64,000 nt of DNA from Hydrolagus colliei. Lineage: Eukaryota. Positions 1 through 13,137 of this stretch are shown here, piece by piece. Location: contig CM068770.1 of the NCBI GenBank assembly GCA_035084275.1, positions 3,534,001 through 3,598,000 on the forward strand, in the 5' to 3' direction. Each line of letters opens with the position of its first letter. The first letter of the stretch is position 1. The position numbers were made by a program, and so were the translations under genes. Below the pieces are notes generated by a model. That model had not been told where the DNA came from. It worked only from the letters and a program-made list of their open reading frames with translations, and ran no database searches.

Positions 1-244
1 ATGAATAATTCAACCCAGTGAAGGGGACACTTTGCCAGGCAGGCAGGCAGGCAGGCAGACATGATGGTCACTGGGGAGAGATTTCTGCTTCAAATTCACT
101 GCAATTACAACTTTCCCAGCATTTATTTCATTGCCAACGCTTCAGGGATTTTTCTCCCTCTCGCCCTCCCCTGCACATATGATTAACACAGTCAGCCTAG
201 GTGTAATGATGTCATCCCTACACACACACACACACACACCACAC

Positions 245-275
<31 letters not shown>

Positions 276-403
276 CTCAGCAACCTCCTGTACCCGCTAT
301 AGATCTTGAGTAATTGGTGTGATTATCAAGAACAGAACATTGCCACCTCAATCAATTCACTTCTGATGATTAATTGTAGAATAAATCGAGAAGCAATGAC
401 ATG

Positions 404-506
404 CACTCACTCATTCACTCTCTCTCTTACTCACTCACTGAATTACTCACTCTTTCACTCACTCACTCACTTGCTCAATCACTCACTCACTCACACTCAC
501 TCACTC
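404..506. repeat. Imperfect (TCAC)n microsatellite
   Basis: Repeated tcac/actc units. Confidence 0.9.
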
Positions 507-840
507 AGCTGTTTTTCTTATTGAATGATTCCATTTGTTGCATTTGGACAGTGGCTAATGGGCAGAAACTTAACAAAGTATCACTGACTCAAAGGATATT
601 TTTAAATATGTATATATGCTGTATGTATTGTCTCATTGGTTCAAATCTGCTAGGGCAAATGGCTCTGTGTATTATGCACAAAGAAACTCTACAAAGGATT
701 TGGAAGAAACATGGTAGCCAAATTTGCAACCTTTCTTAATCAAGAAATCCGGATTGCCCTGACACAAGCTTCACGAGAATGGTCAATCCAACCCCAAAAC
801 TATATGTAGAAAAGAGTGCTCCAATTATTACAATAATCAA

Positions 841-1150
841 AATAATAATCCTTGCATTTGACATTGCGCTTTTCACGTCTTCTAGACTTGCAAAGCGCTT
901 CACGGAATATACTGTAAAGTGAATTGACTGTATATTTTGTGGGTGAAACGCGGTAGACAATTGGGCACATGAGTGTCCCAACAAACAGTGATGGGTTGAA
1001 ATGACCAATTCTTTTTTTGAGGGATTATTATTAGGCGTGTGGAGTAAGGAAACTTGCCCAAGGTTTCGCCCTGACCTGCCTGCAATTGGACTCGGGTTCT
1101 CTCGCTTCTCTCGCAAGGCGAGTGCTCCAACCACTGAGCTTCAGGAGCTC
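841..1150 (-). mobile_element. tRNA-derived SINE, short form, near full length
   Basis: Reverse complement of the family consensus: tRNA head, ccttgggcaagtttccttactccacacgcctaataataatccc, Deu-like body, tail gacgtgaaaagcgc...aaatgcaagga(TTA)n. Confidence 0.9.
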
Positions 1151-1291
1151 CACAATTCCGCAAGGAATCCCCATGTGAATTCCTGGATCAACGTGGAAGG
1201 ATTGATCCCAAGATCGCAAAACTCTGCAGCAACATATTGCTGTGTGGTGTTGAATGTGTTTTGTGTTGGCGGCTTGCCAATGAGTTTCGCC

Positions 1292-1622
1292 TCGTCTCAA
1301 AGCGCTTCAAATGATATGCGGTTAAAGCGAATTGCCTGTATATTTTGCGGGGCGAAACGCAGCAGCCAATTGCGCACAGCAATGTCTCCCCGCTGTGTCT
1401 CTCCCCCCACCCACCTCACCACCCCGTCTCTAAACAGTCATGGTTTGAGTGACCAAATTATTTTTATTTATTTTTATTTTTGAAGGGATTATTACCGCCA
1501 GAAAAGCGATGTGACAGTCGACTACCAAATACTACTAGGCAAACTGCGCGCGCGTGTGTGTGTGTGTGTGTGCAGTAAGGAAACTTGCCTGAGGTGTCGC
1601 CTCGCTTGCGAGACGAACGCTC
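1292..1622 (-). mobile_element. tRNA-derived SINE, long form, diverged
   Basis: Family body plus a remnant of the central insert (gaaaagcgat...agtcgactacc...ctactagg). Confidence 0.75.
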
Positions 1623-2818
1623 ATTCCAATACATTAACAGGACTCCACGATCATCGGAATGTGAGTCCAAACCCGCCCTCGGCTGTAGTTGCACTTTAGC
1701 ACGCCCCTGTTCTTCCCGAGTCTGAGAGCAACACATCAGAGGAATCTGATCAGGACTTCCATCTGTGGGAGGCGTTACACTGCGAGTTTTTTTTTTTCTG
1801 TTTAATCGTGCGAGCCATCGGGGCTCCGTCGTACTCCTTACTCCTAAATAGCAATCACTTTGCGTGACAAAGTGCCGTGTGCATTAAAGGAAATGGAAAT
1901 GGCCAAGTTAAATCAATCCCGGTCGTATATTTGTACTGAAGGCCTTTTTGTTCCCGAGTCCTGTTAGTTACGAGTTAATTTGTAAATTGGGGGAACTTTT
2001 CTGCAATCGCCCGAGCTGACAGGTGCTATATTTCAGCTGCTGTTAAAAGTAGCCTGGGTTAGTGTATGTATATGTGTGTGTGTGTGTGTGTTTTTCTTCT
2101 TCTTCCAGAGGTCAAAGCTAAATGTGTCATGCTTTACCGTTGAGATGTCTTCACGTTCAGGGGTTACAGCACTTTTATGTTTTCACTGCAGTCAGCTGTA
2201 AGAACTCATTGAGTTGCTGAAGTCAAGTCAGTGGATGGCGGGGGTGGGGGATGGGAAATTAGATCTGGGACACTCCTTCTTTGCACACTGAATTGTGTTT
2301 AGCGCTGTGGAAGATTTATTATGCCACGAGAACAGGTACGTGAGACCTTTGTTTGGTCAAATGGGATGATGATTGTTTCATGTACAGTATATTCAGATCG
2401 ACTGGCTGGATGCGCGCAATGATTTAATCGGGAGAAATCCTGTACCGTATACCTCGGCTCGCGTTGGGAAGAAGAAATGCCTTCTGAAGGATATTTGACT
2501 CGGAGGTGAATAAGTCTTGGGAACTAGGAGCCTGTCTGTCCGACTGGTGCCTTGTCAAGCTCCAAGGTCAAGACTGGATTTGCAATGGGCAGCAGTGTGT
2601 TTAGCGCCTCGGAATTGGCCACAAGATGGTGACAAACTGCTTTTACCCCCGACACAAACGACAACACGTTTGCAGAAGTGGCGTTGGTAGCGCAGAGACC
2701 TATCGCGTTTGCCTTTTTGTTATTGATTCGGTTGTTTGCACCCAAATGTGCAAAGTGCCTGCAATCAAAAATTACAAGACATGCAGCTGAAGTGGTGAGA
2801 GTTTCCGCTGTGAGATTC

Positions 2819-2850
<32 letters not shown>

Positions 2851-4369
2851 GCTGCCTGTGACGGAGAACAGATGGCGTGTGTCACAGAATGGATTGGCCA
2901 ATTGGCCACTGTCTCTGACTGTCTCGAGGTTGACTGACTGACTGACTGTCTGTCTGCTTTCCACCCACCCACCCTGGCAAGTTTTTTGTTTTTCGTGCTA
3001 ATTCTCTCTACAAGGGCAGCCGGAGGAGAGGAGGAGTAGATCTGCGTGTCATCTGCCTACGTGTGGAAGTTTACCCCGTGTCCGCGGCTAACATAGTGAA
3101 GAGGGAACAGGTAGACGAGGAAGAGGAAGAGGGTCTGAGGACGGAGGTGGATGAGGATGGGCCTGGTTGACTGTGTGCGGCAGAGAAAGGACGAGGGAGC
3201 CCTGGTCAGAGACACAGAGAGAAAGTAATTTGGGACCAGAGCAGAACCAAGACTAGGGGAGGCGGGTGGGGGGGTCTCACGGAGGGAGAGATGAGAGCGA
3301 AGCTGGTTAACAGCAATGCGTTAGCGAGGAAGGGCTGGTTAGAAATGGGACGGTTGTTTCTAAGGCATCATCAGGAGCTGTCCCAGAGACAAGCATCCTG
3401 CAGCCCACCAATGGTAATGTCACAGCCGCTGAGCGACAAGCCTGCGGAACGTGCTGTCACATGAAGTAATCACTACAAAACTTTCAATGCTTTCATTGTT
3501 CAAAGTGCAGTCTTGCATTGCTGACATTGCCTCAATACAGGGACTTGATGCAATCAAACCAGAAATGCTTTGCTCCTTCAAGACAACGTACAATAGAGAC
3601 GTGAAAGTATAACACGCACAGCCTCAGGGACATGGGGGTGCGTGCAAGCAGACAGTCCTGAGAATAAACCCACGTTATCTAGCCTCCATGTCACTTTACA
3701 GTATATCCTCTTGACGTGAAAGGCGCTATACAAATGTAACTTTGTTGTTGCTGCTGCTGCTGCTGCTGCCGAAGTGCACAAAATTGACCTTGGAGGCTTT
3801 CCTACCTGACTTCCCTTATCCTGATGATGTGGTTGAGATTAGGGCTACCCAATGTGCCCAAATTATGTCCCAATCCTTGTCCCATCATTCTCTGTCACTT
3901 CCTCCGCTTACATAAGCCCGGGGGGCAAGGGGGCCACAGTTGATAACGCGTGATCACTTTGCGTAGGCGCGAGTCCTGATCAAGTCTAGCGTCAACGTTT
4001 GGATCCTGTCGTGACTCAATTAGAAGTCTCCCTCATCTTTGGGAAGGCTGAGCAGATGGCTGACGATGTACTTCCCAATCGATGTACCTGTGAACCGAGA
4101 CGATGGTTGCGGCTGGGTTTGCTGTGAAGCTATTTTGAACCATTTTAGAAACCTACTTCGAAGTAACAACCCATTCCTGCCAAAGAACATTTGGTTTCCA
4201 ATTTTAGTTCCAACGAGACGTTCGTGGAGGGCCAGATGGAGTGTCTCTGTGACTCAGCATGTTGGTGGTGAATAAATTAGCATTTCTCTATGACGGCTCA
4301 GATTTAGGATTTTTTTTTCTTTCTGTGTGTTGGACACATTTCTACCGGATAAAATTGGTCATTCAGTTT

Positions 4370-4595
4370 CTGGTTTGTGAGTTTGCGTACTCCACGTGCC
4401 TGATAAAGAGCCCTCAATTGGTTATTTCAATCCACGACTGTTTGTGGGGACACTGCTGTGCGCAATTGGCTGCTGCCTTTCGCCCACGCATATACAGTCA
4501 ATTCACTTTACAGTATACTCGGTGAAGCACTTTGAGACACCTAGAAGATATGAAAAGCGCTGTATCAAATGCAAGGAATATTATTATTATTATTA
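4370..4595 (+). mobile_element. tRNA-derived SINE, 5'-truncated
   Basis: tttcaatccacgactgtttgtggggacactgctgtgcgcaattggctgc...aaatgcaagga(TTA)n. Confidence 0.85.
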
Positions 4596-6539
4596 ATTGG
4601 TATATGCCAGTTGATTGCCACGTTCACCTGCAAAATACAGTCACGACATGTGACGTTAATTCCCGTGAAGCACTTTTTGAGGTGTCCCCCTGATGTGAAA
4701 ATCACTCTTATTATTATTACTATAAGAACAACTTACATTTCTGTCGCACCCCTCTGTGACTTACCCTAAGCACCTTTCAGCAACGGAGGTGAGGGTGCAG
4801 GAAAAGATCGAGCGATACTTGGCATTCTTGTTAGATAGAATTCCTTCAGAGTCCCATCTTTCTTTTTCTCGTTTCTCAGTGTTTTTGGTGTGTGTGTGTG
4901 TGTGTGTGTTGTTTTTAACAACACAAGTATTGTAAACAGGGGAAAAGGTAATTTAATTAAGTGAATTACTTAAAACCCGTGGGAATTTCTCAAATCCTCA
5001 CCTTGTTTATGAGAACAATATTTGTTTCATACTTCACAAGTATCAAAAGCAATGCAATCTTAACCGTATTAATTGTTTTTTTTTCCTACATCGCAGATGC
5101 AATTACAATTTTGTAGCTTTACCGACACATTTACGCGCAGATTAGACAGCGAACAAAACATTTATAGTTTTGACAATAATTAAGATTTAGGAGTGCCTTT
5201 CAGATTGGGAGACAGGTGAAAAGCGCTAGGTAGAGCAAAGACTGTGTTGTCTCAGGGAGATGAAGTTGGGTGGAGGAGTGCGAAAGCATTATTGGGAAGC
5301 TGCCTTTTAAACTGGGTTTTAAAGTAGTGAGGGAGGTGTCAGGTGAAGGGACTCTTAGTATTGCAAGTATTATTATAATAATAATAATTTTTGCATTTGA
5401 TATATATGCTTTAGCTCGTCTTTGAGGCGTCTCAAAGCGCTTCACAGGATATACTAGCTGAAAGCTCGCTCACCAGTGGTCAGGCAGATCAAACTAGTGT
5501 TACTGCTTAACAATATACAGATTATTTGATGGGGAATTCATTCAGCAACTCAATCTGGAGACTGAGATCGATTGGCAATGTGCCACTTTCTTATTACAGT
5601 ATTAAGAAATTATTGTTGGTACGATCAGATTTGAAAACTTAACAAAAATCCTTGCATTTGCAAAATAGCCCCTCATCGTGCCTTCGAGAACTTCTGAAAG
5701 CGCTTCTCAAGATACGCTGGCGTATGTGTGTCGATTGCGGGCGCAACGCACTGCAGCCTTTTGAGTAGAAGTCGTCAATCGATTGTCTCGCTTCAGTGTA
5801 CGGTAAACAGCAAAAGTGCATCGCTGTGAAAATTTTGTGTTGGGGATCATGTTTCCTCATGTAACTCAATCAGAAATTCTATGCGAAGGGAATGAATGGG
5901 AGGAAAACACTGAGACCTTGTTGAGTGGGACAAAACGCGAAGCGATCTTCTGTCAATCCAAAGGCAACACAACATACAGTACAGTAGAGCTGTCTGAGAG
6001 CCAAGTTTCCTGTTGTATCGGGGGAGATGGGATGGAAGCAGTTGGAACCTAACAGCCAGCCTTTTGTGATTCGGAGACTTGAGCCACAGAGACCCGAGAA
6101 AACTGAGACCGACATTAGGGCCGAGTGGCGGAAGCGAGCGGGAAATGGATCAGTAGGTTTAGGTTCTCAACAACCGACATGCAGGACTACAGAGGTTTAC
6201 TGGGTTTCTGCGCCTCTGGACGCCCTCCTCAGACGTGAAATGTAATTATTTTGTGGTTGTTGTTGCGTGACCCGTGTTCCAGAATGAGAATTCTGTTTGA
6301 ACCTGTATTCGCTTTACTTGTGGCAGGGCTGGGAATTACACTGAAAATTGATGGCGTATGTCCAGATTATATTAAAAAAATGCTGTAATAATCCGGGCAT
6401 TTGATACGGCCCCCTTTATCGCGTCTTCGAGACGTCTCAAAGCGCTTCACAGAATATACCATAAAGTGTGGTGACTGCATGTTTTGTGAGCGAAAATCTA
6501 AAGAATCATTCGGTGATCGTTCGGAATGGGTGGCTGCGC

Positions 6540-6828
6540 TGTATAAAAGTGAGAGACCTGGGTTCAATTCCAGGCAGGTCGGGGTGAAACCTTGGGGAAG
6601 TTTCCTTACTCCTCACGCCTCATCATAACCCCTCAAAAAATAATAATAAATTGGTCATTTCAATCCACGACTGTTTGTGGGGAGGGGACGCTGCTGTGCG
6701 CAATTGGCTGCCGCGCTTCGCGCACCGATATACAGTCTATTCACTTTACAGTGTATTCTGTGAAGCGCTTTGAGACACCCAGAAGATGTGAAAAGCGCTA
6801 CATCAAAGGCAAGGATTATTATTATTAA
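6540..6828 (+). mobile_element. tRNA-derived SINE, short form
   Basis: B-box gggttcaattcc, family body and (TTA)n tail. Confidence 0.9.
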
Positions 6829-7339
6829 ATTATTGTCAACGTTGTAATTCAGGATTGTTGTCAACCTATACACGTCGTGTGACTGGACATTTGATCCATA
6901 ATCCCTGAAATCTCAGTTGCATCGCAGCTCTGGGGAAATTCTGACTTTGATGGTAATTTTGCTCGTTAAGTTGCGAATTCCCCCCCCCACCCCCACTGAC
7001 CCCTCTTTATTATACAAGTATGACTGATGTCCTAATTTACCAGGCAAAATCTTGTAAATATATCACCAATTATCCACCTTCAGTGATTGAAAGTGGCATT
7101 TGAATTCATTGGGTTGAATTCTATTGATGCAAATGAATTGCCAATTTGTTCCAAATCAATTATTAATTCTCTTCCCCCCTCTGTAAGGTTTGGATCAATG
7201 GGCTGGAATTTTTTTAAACCGAGACTGCTCTTGAGAAACACGCTGTAGAAAAATTAAAGAAAAAAATCAGTCGTCCTCTGGTTTGGGAAAGCTATTGATA
7301 AGGACTTATTTGTCTGGAGAAAACTGATGAAGCACAAGT

Positions 7340-7441
7340 TCTGACGTAGAGGTCATCGACCTGCTACGTTAGCTCACTTTCATCTCTCCATAGATGCTGC
7401 CTGACCTGCTGAGTGATCGCAGCGACTTCTGTTTTTATTTA
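7340..7441 (+). mobile_element. Short dispersed repeat resembling a Penelope-like element end
   Basis: ctgacgtagaggtcatcgacctgctacgttagctc...tctccatagatgctgcctgacctgctgagt...ttctgtttttattt; a second copy lies in reverse at 22856-22930. Confidence 0.6.
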
Positions 7442-7574
7442 AGCATCTCCTAATCAGTCTCGTGTTATTTGTCCAGTACCAATTTCAGCACAAATTGTTC
7501 AGCAATAACTTTGCACTTTTTATTTATTTTGTAGTAGTTTAACTCTTTGAAGCACTTTTCCATGGTATTTCACT

Positions 7575-7840
7575 ACAACAACAACAACAGCTTGGATTTA
7601 TACAGCGCCCTCACTCACTCCTGCCCGACGGCGTCTCAGAGCGCTTCCCAATAACGGATCCCGGGGCCAGGGGGAGCGGGGCAGAAAAGGTGACCGCAAG
7701 CGCGGTCGAAAAGCAAGTTCTTTAGCCGAGACCTGAAAATAGGAAGAGAGGGTGGGGAGCGAGGAGGAGAGGGAGAGAGGAAGGGAAGGGCCTCGGGGCT
7801 TAGTGGCTGAAAGCATGGCCGACGATGGCGGAGAGGAGGA
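7575..7840 (-). mobile_element. L2-clade LINE 3' end, diverged
   Basis: (CAA)n followed by ttatacagcgccctcac...cgtctcagagcgcttc and a purine-rich L2 3' region in reverse orientation. Confidence 0.6.
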
Positions 7841-8504
7841 TTACTTTATATAATCTGTCGAAGTCAGGACCACCTGCCAATGGGATGACACAATGCAAAA
7901 CCTACATTTGGTAGGTTTCGCGTCGGGAGGACTTCCCAAGGCGCTGGACAATCAGGGATTTGGACCCGAGCTGGGGGTTGGAATCAGGGAGGGTGGAAGG
8001 GTAGGGAGGGTGGTCGGAATGCACGGTCTAAGAGGGGGTGAGCTTTTGAGACAATTTCCTCATGTTCATTGTGGGTTTACATACAGTAAGCGTTCCCGTA
8101 AGCGTGGTGCTTGTTCCTTGCCTCAGCAAAAAAAAAAATGATTGCTTGTAACTCGGCAGCAAAGCAGAATCTCTGTGGACACCAAAGCCTGTGCAGGTGG
8201 CAGGTTAACATTGATGCTACTATTTTGGTGAAGCTGATTTATGATTTCAGCAGATGCTCCTGTCTTTTGTTCTGAACCACACCTGCTTTCACCAGAAGAG
8301 GCAGCACTGACCTTGAGTTTAACATTCGTATGTGTTGCCTCAGAACTTGGCGTTCTCTACTCGTGTCCTCGGAATAGTTCTACGATTTCTAGAAGGGAAG
8401 TCCCGGTTTCTGGTTGGGAAAAAGGCTCAAGGCAGCTTCAGGTTTCCTACAGTTTCAAAGCGGTGGAAGGGCTGAGACATTTAGGAGTCATTCAAGATCC
8501 TAGT

Positions 8505-8735
8505 CCTCACATTGAAAGCCCTCCACAATCTCGCCCCCACCCTACATCTGTGACCTCCTGTCCCCTTACCAACCTGCCCGCCCCCTCTGTTCAGCAGGCT
8601 CTTGACGTGTCCACATCCCACCCCACCCCTACCAATGGCGGGCGAGCCTTTAGCCACTCTGCCCCCAACCTCCATCACGCAGTCCCTCCGCTTCACCCCC
8701 TCCCTGGCCTCAAGACTCTCCTCTTCGATGGACCC
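8505..8735 (+). mobile_element. L2-clade LINE ORF2 C-terminal relic
   Basis: Frameshifted LTLKALHNLAP.YI.DLL.PYQP.R.L.S...GGRAFSHSAP.L...LKTLLFD, typical of the end of L2 ORF2. Confidence 0.75.
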
Positions 8736-9091
8736 ATCGGAAACGCCTGATACTGAAAAGTGAGGCTTAAAACATCAACTCGACCAGCTGGCAGCCAATG
8801 GAACCGAGCAAGGAAACAAAATGGCAGGTTCACAAGATTAGGTTTTGTTGAAGGGCTTCTCCCCATTTGATATCATACTTGCAGAATATCACACTGTGTT
8901 TGCTCCGTCTAAGATATAAAACTTGACATTTTTGCATCGAAGGTATCAATCATTCCAGTATGATTTTTGTCTTCGCCTTGATTGCTCCCTCTAGTGCTGC
9001 AAATAATGTAACACACTTCCTAATCCAGAGGGATTTTCTTGTCTCTCTCTCTCTCTCTCGCTCTCCCTGGCTTCGGAGAAATAAGTCTTTG

Positions 9092-9432
9092 TGGATCTCC
9101 TGTAGGTCCGTGGTTAGAGCACTCGCCTTACAAGCGTGAGACCTGTGTTCGAATCCAGGCAGGACAGGGTGAAAACTTGGGCAAGTTTCCTTACTCTACC
9201 CACCCACACACACCTACACACACATAATAATCCGTCCAAAAAAAGCACAATAATAAAAATTGGTCATTTTCAATCCACGACTGTTTGTGGGGGACGCTGC
9301 TGTGCGCGATTGGCTGGCGCGTTTCGCCCACAAATATATAGTCAATTCACTTTACAGTATATTCCGTGTAGCGCTTTGAGACGTCGATAAGACGTGAAAA
9401 GCGCTAGATCAAAATGCAAAGATTATTATTAT
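9092..9432 (+). mobile_element. tRNA-derived SINE, short form, full length
   Basis: Head ctcctgtagg...ggttagagcactcgccttacaagcgtgagacctgtgttcgaatcc, internal CA tract, body and tail. Confidence 0.9.
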
Positions 9433-10444
9433 ATCCTCTGAAAGGTCTTCCCATTCCCTGAAGGTGGAAGCCCGCCAGATAGTTGATGAGCGCTCCGAGA
9501 TTCTAACCCCGTTTGGGGGTGGGAGCTGTGTAAATGCCAGTTGTTGATGAGTAGATTTGCAATAGACAGCCATGAGCTACTCTTCACATCACTGATAAAT
9601 GATACTGATGATATCTGGAGTGTGTAATATAATCATCTGTGTCAAGCAGCCGACTTAATGCCCCCGCGAGACATACCAGTGAATGTGTCTTCCAGTTCAA
9701 GGAATGTGTGTCTAGTTCAAGTCCCTGCATTAAAGCTCATCAGCTTCTGATTGTATTGACCAGTACATATTCATTTCACCGGCAGGCTTTATGTGACATG
9801 ATATTCAAAGTCGGGGTGAATTTTCACTGTATTCTCTTCGTATCAGAGTCCCTTTAGCTCAGTGGCTCGAGCACTCGCCTTACAAGAGAGAGGCCTGGGT
9901 TCAGTTCCAGGCAATTCACTTTACAGCATTTTCTGTGAAGCACTTTCAGACGTCTAAAAGACCTGAAAAGCGCTATATCAAAAAAAAGTTGTTGCTTTGA
10001 GAATTGATGGTGTTATTTAGCGCAGGAAAAATTAATTGGGATTTCCACTCCGCCCCCCCACCCCCACATCCCTAATTATCTGATTTATTTTCTTCCGTTG
10101 CCTTTCTTTGAGGATTAAATTCTGATAGACAAACCCTGTTTGGTGCTTTTGTTTAATGTGTATCGGCATCTTCTTCCCCCAGAGCCCATTGCCGGGCGGG
10201 AAATCGTCCTCCAGTGACCCTTGTTGATCCGTCGCAGACTTTCCCATCTGGGTCTCTTTAGACCAGATTGCCTTTGACGTCTGTCAGACATTTCTTGCGT
10301 GTGAAATCGGGTTGACGTGTCGGCTCATCTTCTGCTACTCTTTATCAGGCCATTCCTCTCTCCTTGCCGGGCGAGCCACGGGACTCCACGGTAACAGCTA
10401 CTGAGAGAACAACTGGCTTTGGCTTACCCTCAAAAGTGTTATCA

Positions 10445-10800
10445 GTAATAATAATGATAGTAATAATCTTGCATTTTGAAATAGCGCATTTCACGTCTTC
10501 TAGCCTGCCTCTCAAAGCGCTTCACAGAATATAGTGTAAAGTGAATTGACTGTATATTTTTGGGCGAAACGCTGCAGCCACTTGCGCACAGCAGCGTCCC
10601 CCACCCCATAAACAGTCGTGGATTGAAATGACCAATTTTTATTATTGTCGTTTGTCTGGGAGGGATTATTATCAGGCGTGTGTGTATGTGTGGAGTAAGG
10701 AAACTTGCCCGTGGTTTTGCCCTGACCTGCCTGGATTCGAACACAGGTCTCGCGCTTGTAAGGCGAGTGAGTGGCTCCAACCCCTGAGCCACAGGAGCTC
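10445..10800 (-). mobile_element. tRNA-derived SINE, short form, full length
   Basis: Reverse complement of the consensus, from the (TAA)n tail to caggagctc. Confidence 0.9.
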
Positions 10801-11299
10801 TCACAAAAGACCGGAATACGAGAGCCTGCGCGGTAGCTGCTTAGCCGAGGAGCTTCTGAGTGACTTCATGAATACAGCTGCAGTGACCTGATGTCTGAAG
10901 CTGGCTTGAGTTAATGACTTTCTGCCCATGTTCCCGCTGCCCGCTTGCACAATCACCCTCAGGCATCGAGTTGGTTCAAGGAGTGACGCTATCAGCACTC
11001 GATATTCAAACAAAACTGTTTAACATGAGAAATACACAGCCTACGAACGACAGGGCTTCAGCAGATGGTCTGAAGAGAGTTTTCCTGCTCTCCTTCCTCC
11101 TACCCCGACCTCTCGCCTTACTCTCTTTTCCTCCCCTTTCTCCCCATACCCCACTTCCACGACTGTTTGTGGGACACTGTTGAGCGCAGTTTGGCTGCCG
11201 CGTTTCACCCACAAATATACGGTCAATTCTCCTACTCTCCCCTCCCGCTACCCCAAACACTCCCCCCCCCCCCCCCCCCCCGACCCCCCCACCCGCTCT

Positions 11300-11668
11300 G
11301 GCGAGAGACCTGGGTTCGATTCCAGGCAGGTCAGGGTGAAACCTTGATCAAGTTTCCTTATTCCACACACATACACAAGCCTGATGATAATCCCTCAAAA
11401 AAAACAATTATAGTTTGATCACTCAATCACGACTGTTTGTGGGGACGCTGCTGTGCGCAATTGGCTGCTGTGTTTCACCGACAAATATTTTCAGTCCACT
11501 GTACGGTATATTCTGTGAAGCGCTTTGAGACGTCTAGAAGATGTGAAAAGCGCAATATCAAATGCAAGGATTATTATTATTAGTAAAGGGATTGTATTCT
11601 GTAAAGCGCTTTGAGACATCTCGAAGATGTGTTAAGGCCCTATATCAAAATGCAAGTATTATTATTAG
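11300..11668 (+). mobile_element. tRNA-derived SINE with a second tandem tail
   Basis: Copy at 11300-11582, followed by another tail tattctgtaaagcgctttgagacatc...aaatgcaagtattattatt at about 11590-11668. Confidence 0.85.
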
Positions 11669-12894
11669 TGTTAATAGTGCAGGTACATTCAAGTGGGTTT
11701 AGTAGGAAATTCAGCAGGATGTGGGTGAATTATTATCTTATTGTAAGAGGGAGCCAAGATTTGGTGCTGTAATTACATTACTGCAGTTCCTTTCCAACAA
11801 TCTGCCTCTGAGATTCCCATGTGTAGGTGAGAACGCATCGAAATCCCAGCTTAGTTTGGATACGTGACGATGGGTTTCCGTATGAGTCAGACACACGGCT
11901 GACCCTACAAAAAAAAATGCCCAGCTGGTTACAGGGAGAATATTGTGCATTCTCAGATTGTTCTCAGATTGGTGCAACTGCTTCAATGATTTCAGCTGGA
12001 ATTAATTGTCTTTCCAGTCGGTCAATGCCTCAGAAAAATCTGAGCGGGGCCAATCTTCTCGGTAGTACCCGATACAAAGATCCTCCTCTGAGAAACGAAA
12101 CGCTACCTTTGGGAGATCATCTTTAATAATAGCAATCGAAAATACTTACCAGTTGATATTTCTTAGTATTCCCAGTGCCAAGACTCGCAGAGAATGAGAA
12201 TGAGAACAGCCGTCTCTCTGTTGCCTGGTTCTGTTCGCAGACTCTATGAAATGTTCAGTTGCGGAAACACAGTACAGAGTTGCTTTGTTAAAGACTCATA
12301 AAGTGAAAGCCACTAGGTCAAGGGAGGTATATTTTCCTTGTGGTAAATTTCGAACACAACTTTGACTTTGAAGGATACGGTTTTACGTTAAAGATTTGCT
12401 TTTTGTTTTGATCGCTCGGTGACGCTACTCTTAAGTCTTTTGAGGTGGTACCTTATGCTGCCATGTTTATTCCGTTCCTTTTTGCTGAGCGCAGTTGGCT
12501 GCCGCGTTTCGCTCTCAAAATATACAGTCAATTTACTTGATAGAACTGTATATTGTGTGACGCGTCTTGAGACGTCTCTTGAGGCGTTTTGAGACGCCTG
12601 CTACATCAAATTCAAGGATTATTATTATTATTACTGTACTATTATTGTTTGTACCACGTTAGCTCTCCATTTGAACTAAGATCTTTAACCAGCGTTTACC
12701 TGCTCCATTTCCCAACGATTTGCACTTTTTTCTTTTTTAAAAAAAAAGTTTATTCTGCCCTTCGAGTGTTTGATGGCATTGCTGGAGTTTAACCAGGTAA
12801 AAAAAATTGCGTAGCTTGCGTGTTTCCAGACGCTCACTCTCGCTTTCGAATCACTTCCGTGCCTTGTACGATCTCCTCTCACCCCACTCACTGG

Positions 12895-13137
12895 GGTTAG
12901 AGCACTCGCCTTACAAGCGTGAGACCTGTGTTCGAATCCAGACAGATCAGGGCGCAACCTTGAGCAAGTTTCCTTACTACACACACACACACACACACAA
13001 GCCTAACAATAATCCATCCTAAAAAAATACACAATAATAAAATTGGTCGTTTCAATCCACGGCTGTTTGTGGGGGACGCTGCTGTGCGCAATTGGCTGCC
13101 GCGCTTTGCCCACAAATATCAAATGCAAGGATTATTA
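12895..13137 (+). mobile_element. tRNA-derived SINE, short form, deletion near the tail
   Basis: Head, (CA)n and body are joined directly to tatcaaatgcaaggattatt. Confidence 0.85.

Noticed and set aside
736-1483. Recurrent ORFs with motifs such as [31 protein letters not shown] or GQGETLGKFPYST
   Set aside because: They are chance translations of the SINE in several frames and on both strands, with frameshifts between copies. They are not a protein family.
5565-5605. attggcaatgtgccactttcttatt, which loosely resembles the IGSF9B exon 1 sequence
   Set aside because: There is no in-frame ATG, the frame is wrong and no donor lies at the expected distance. The similarity is probably chance.
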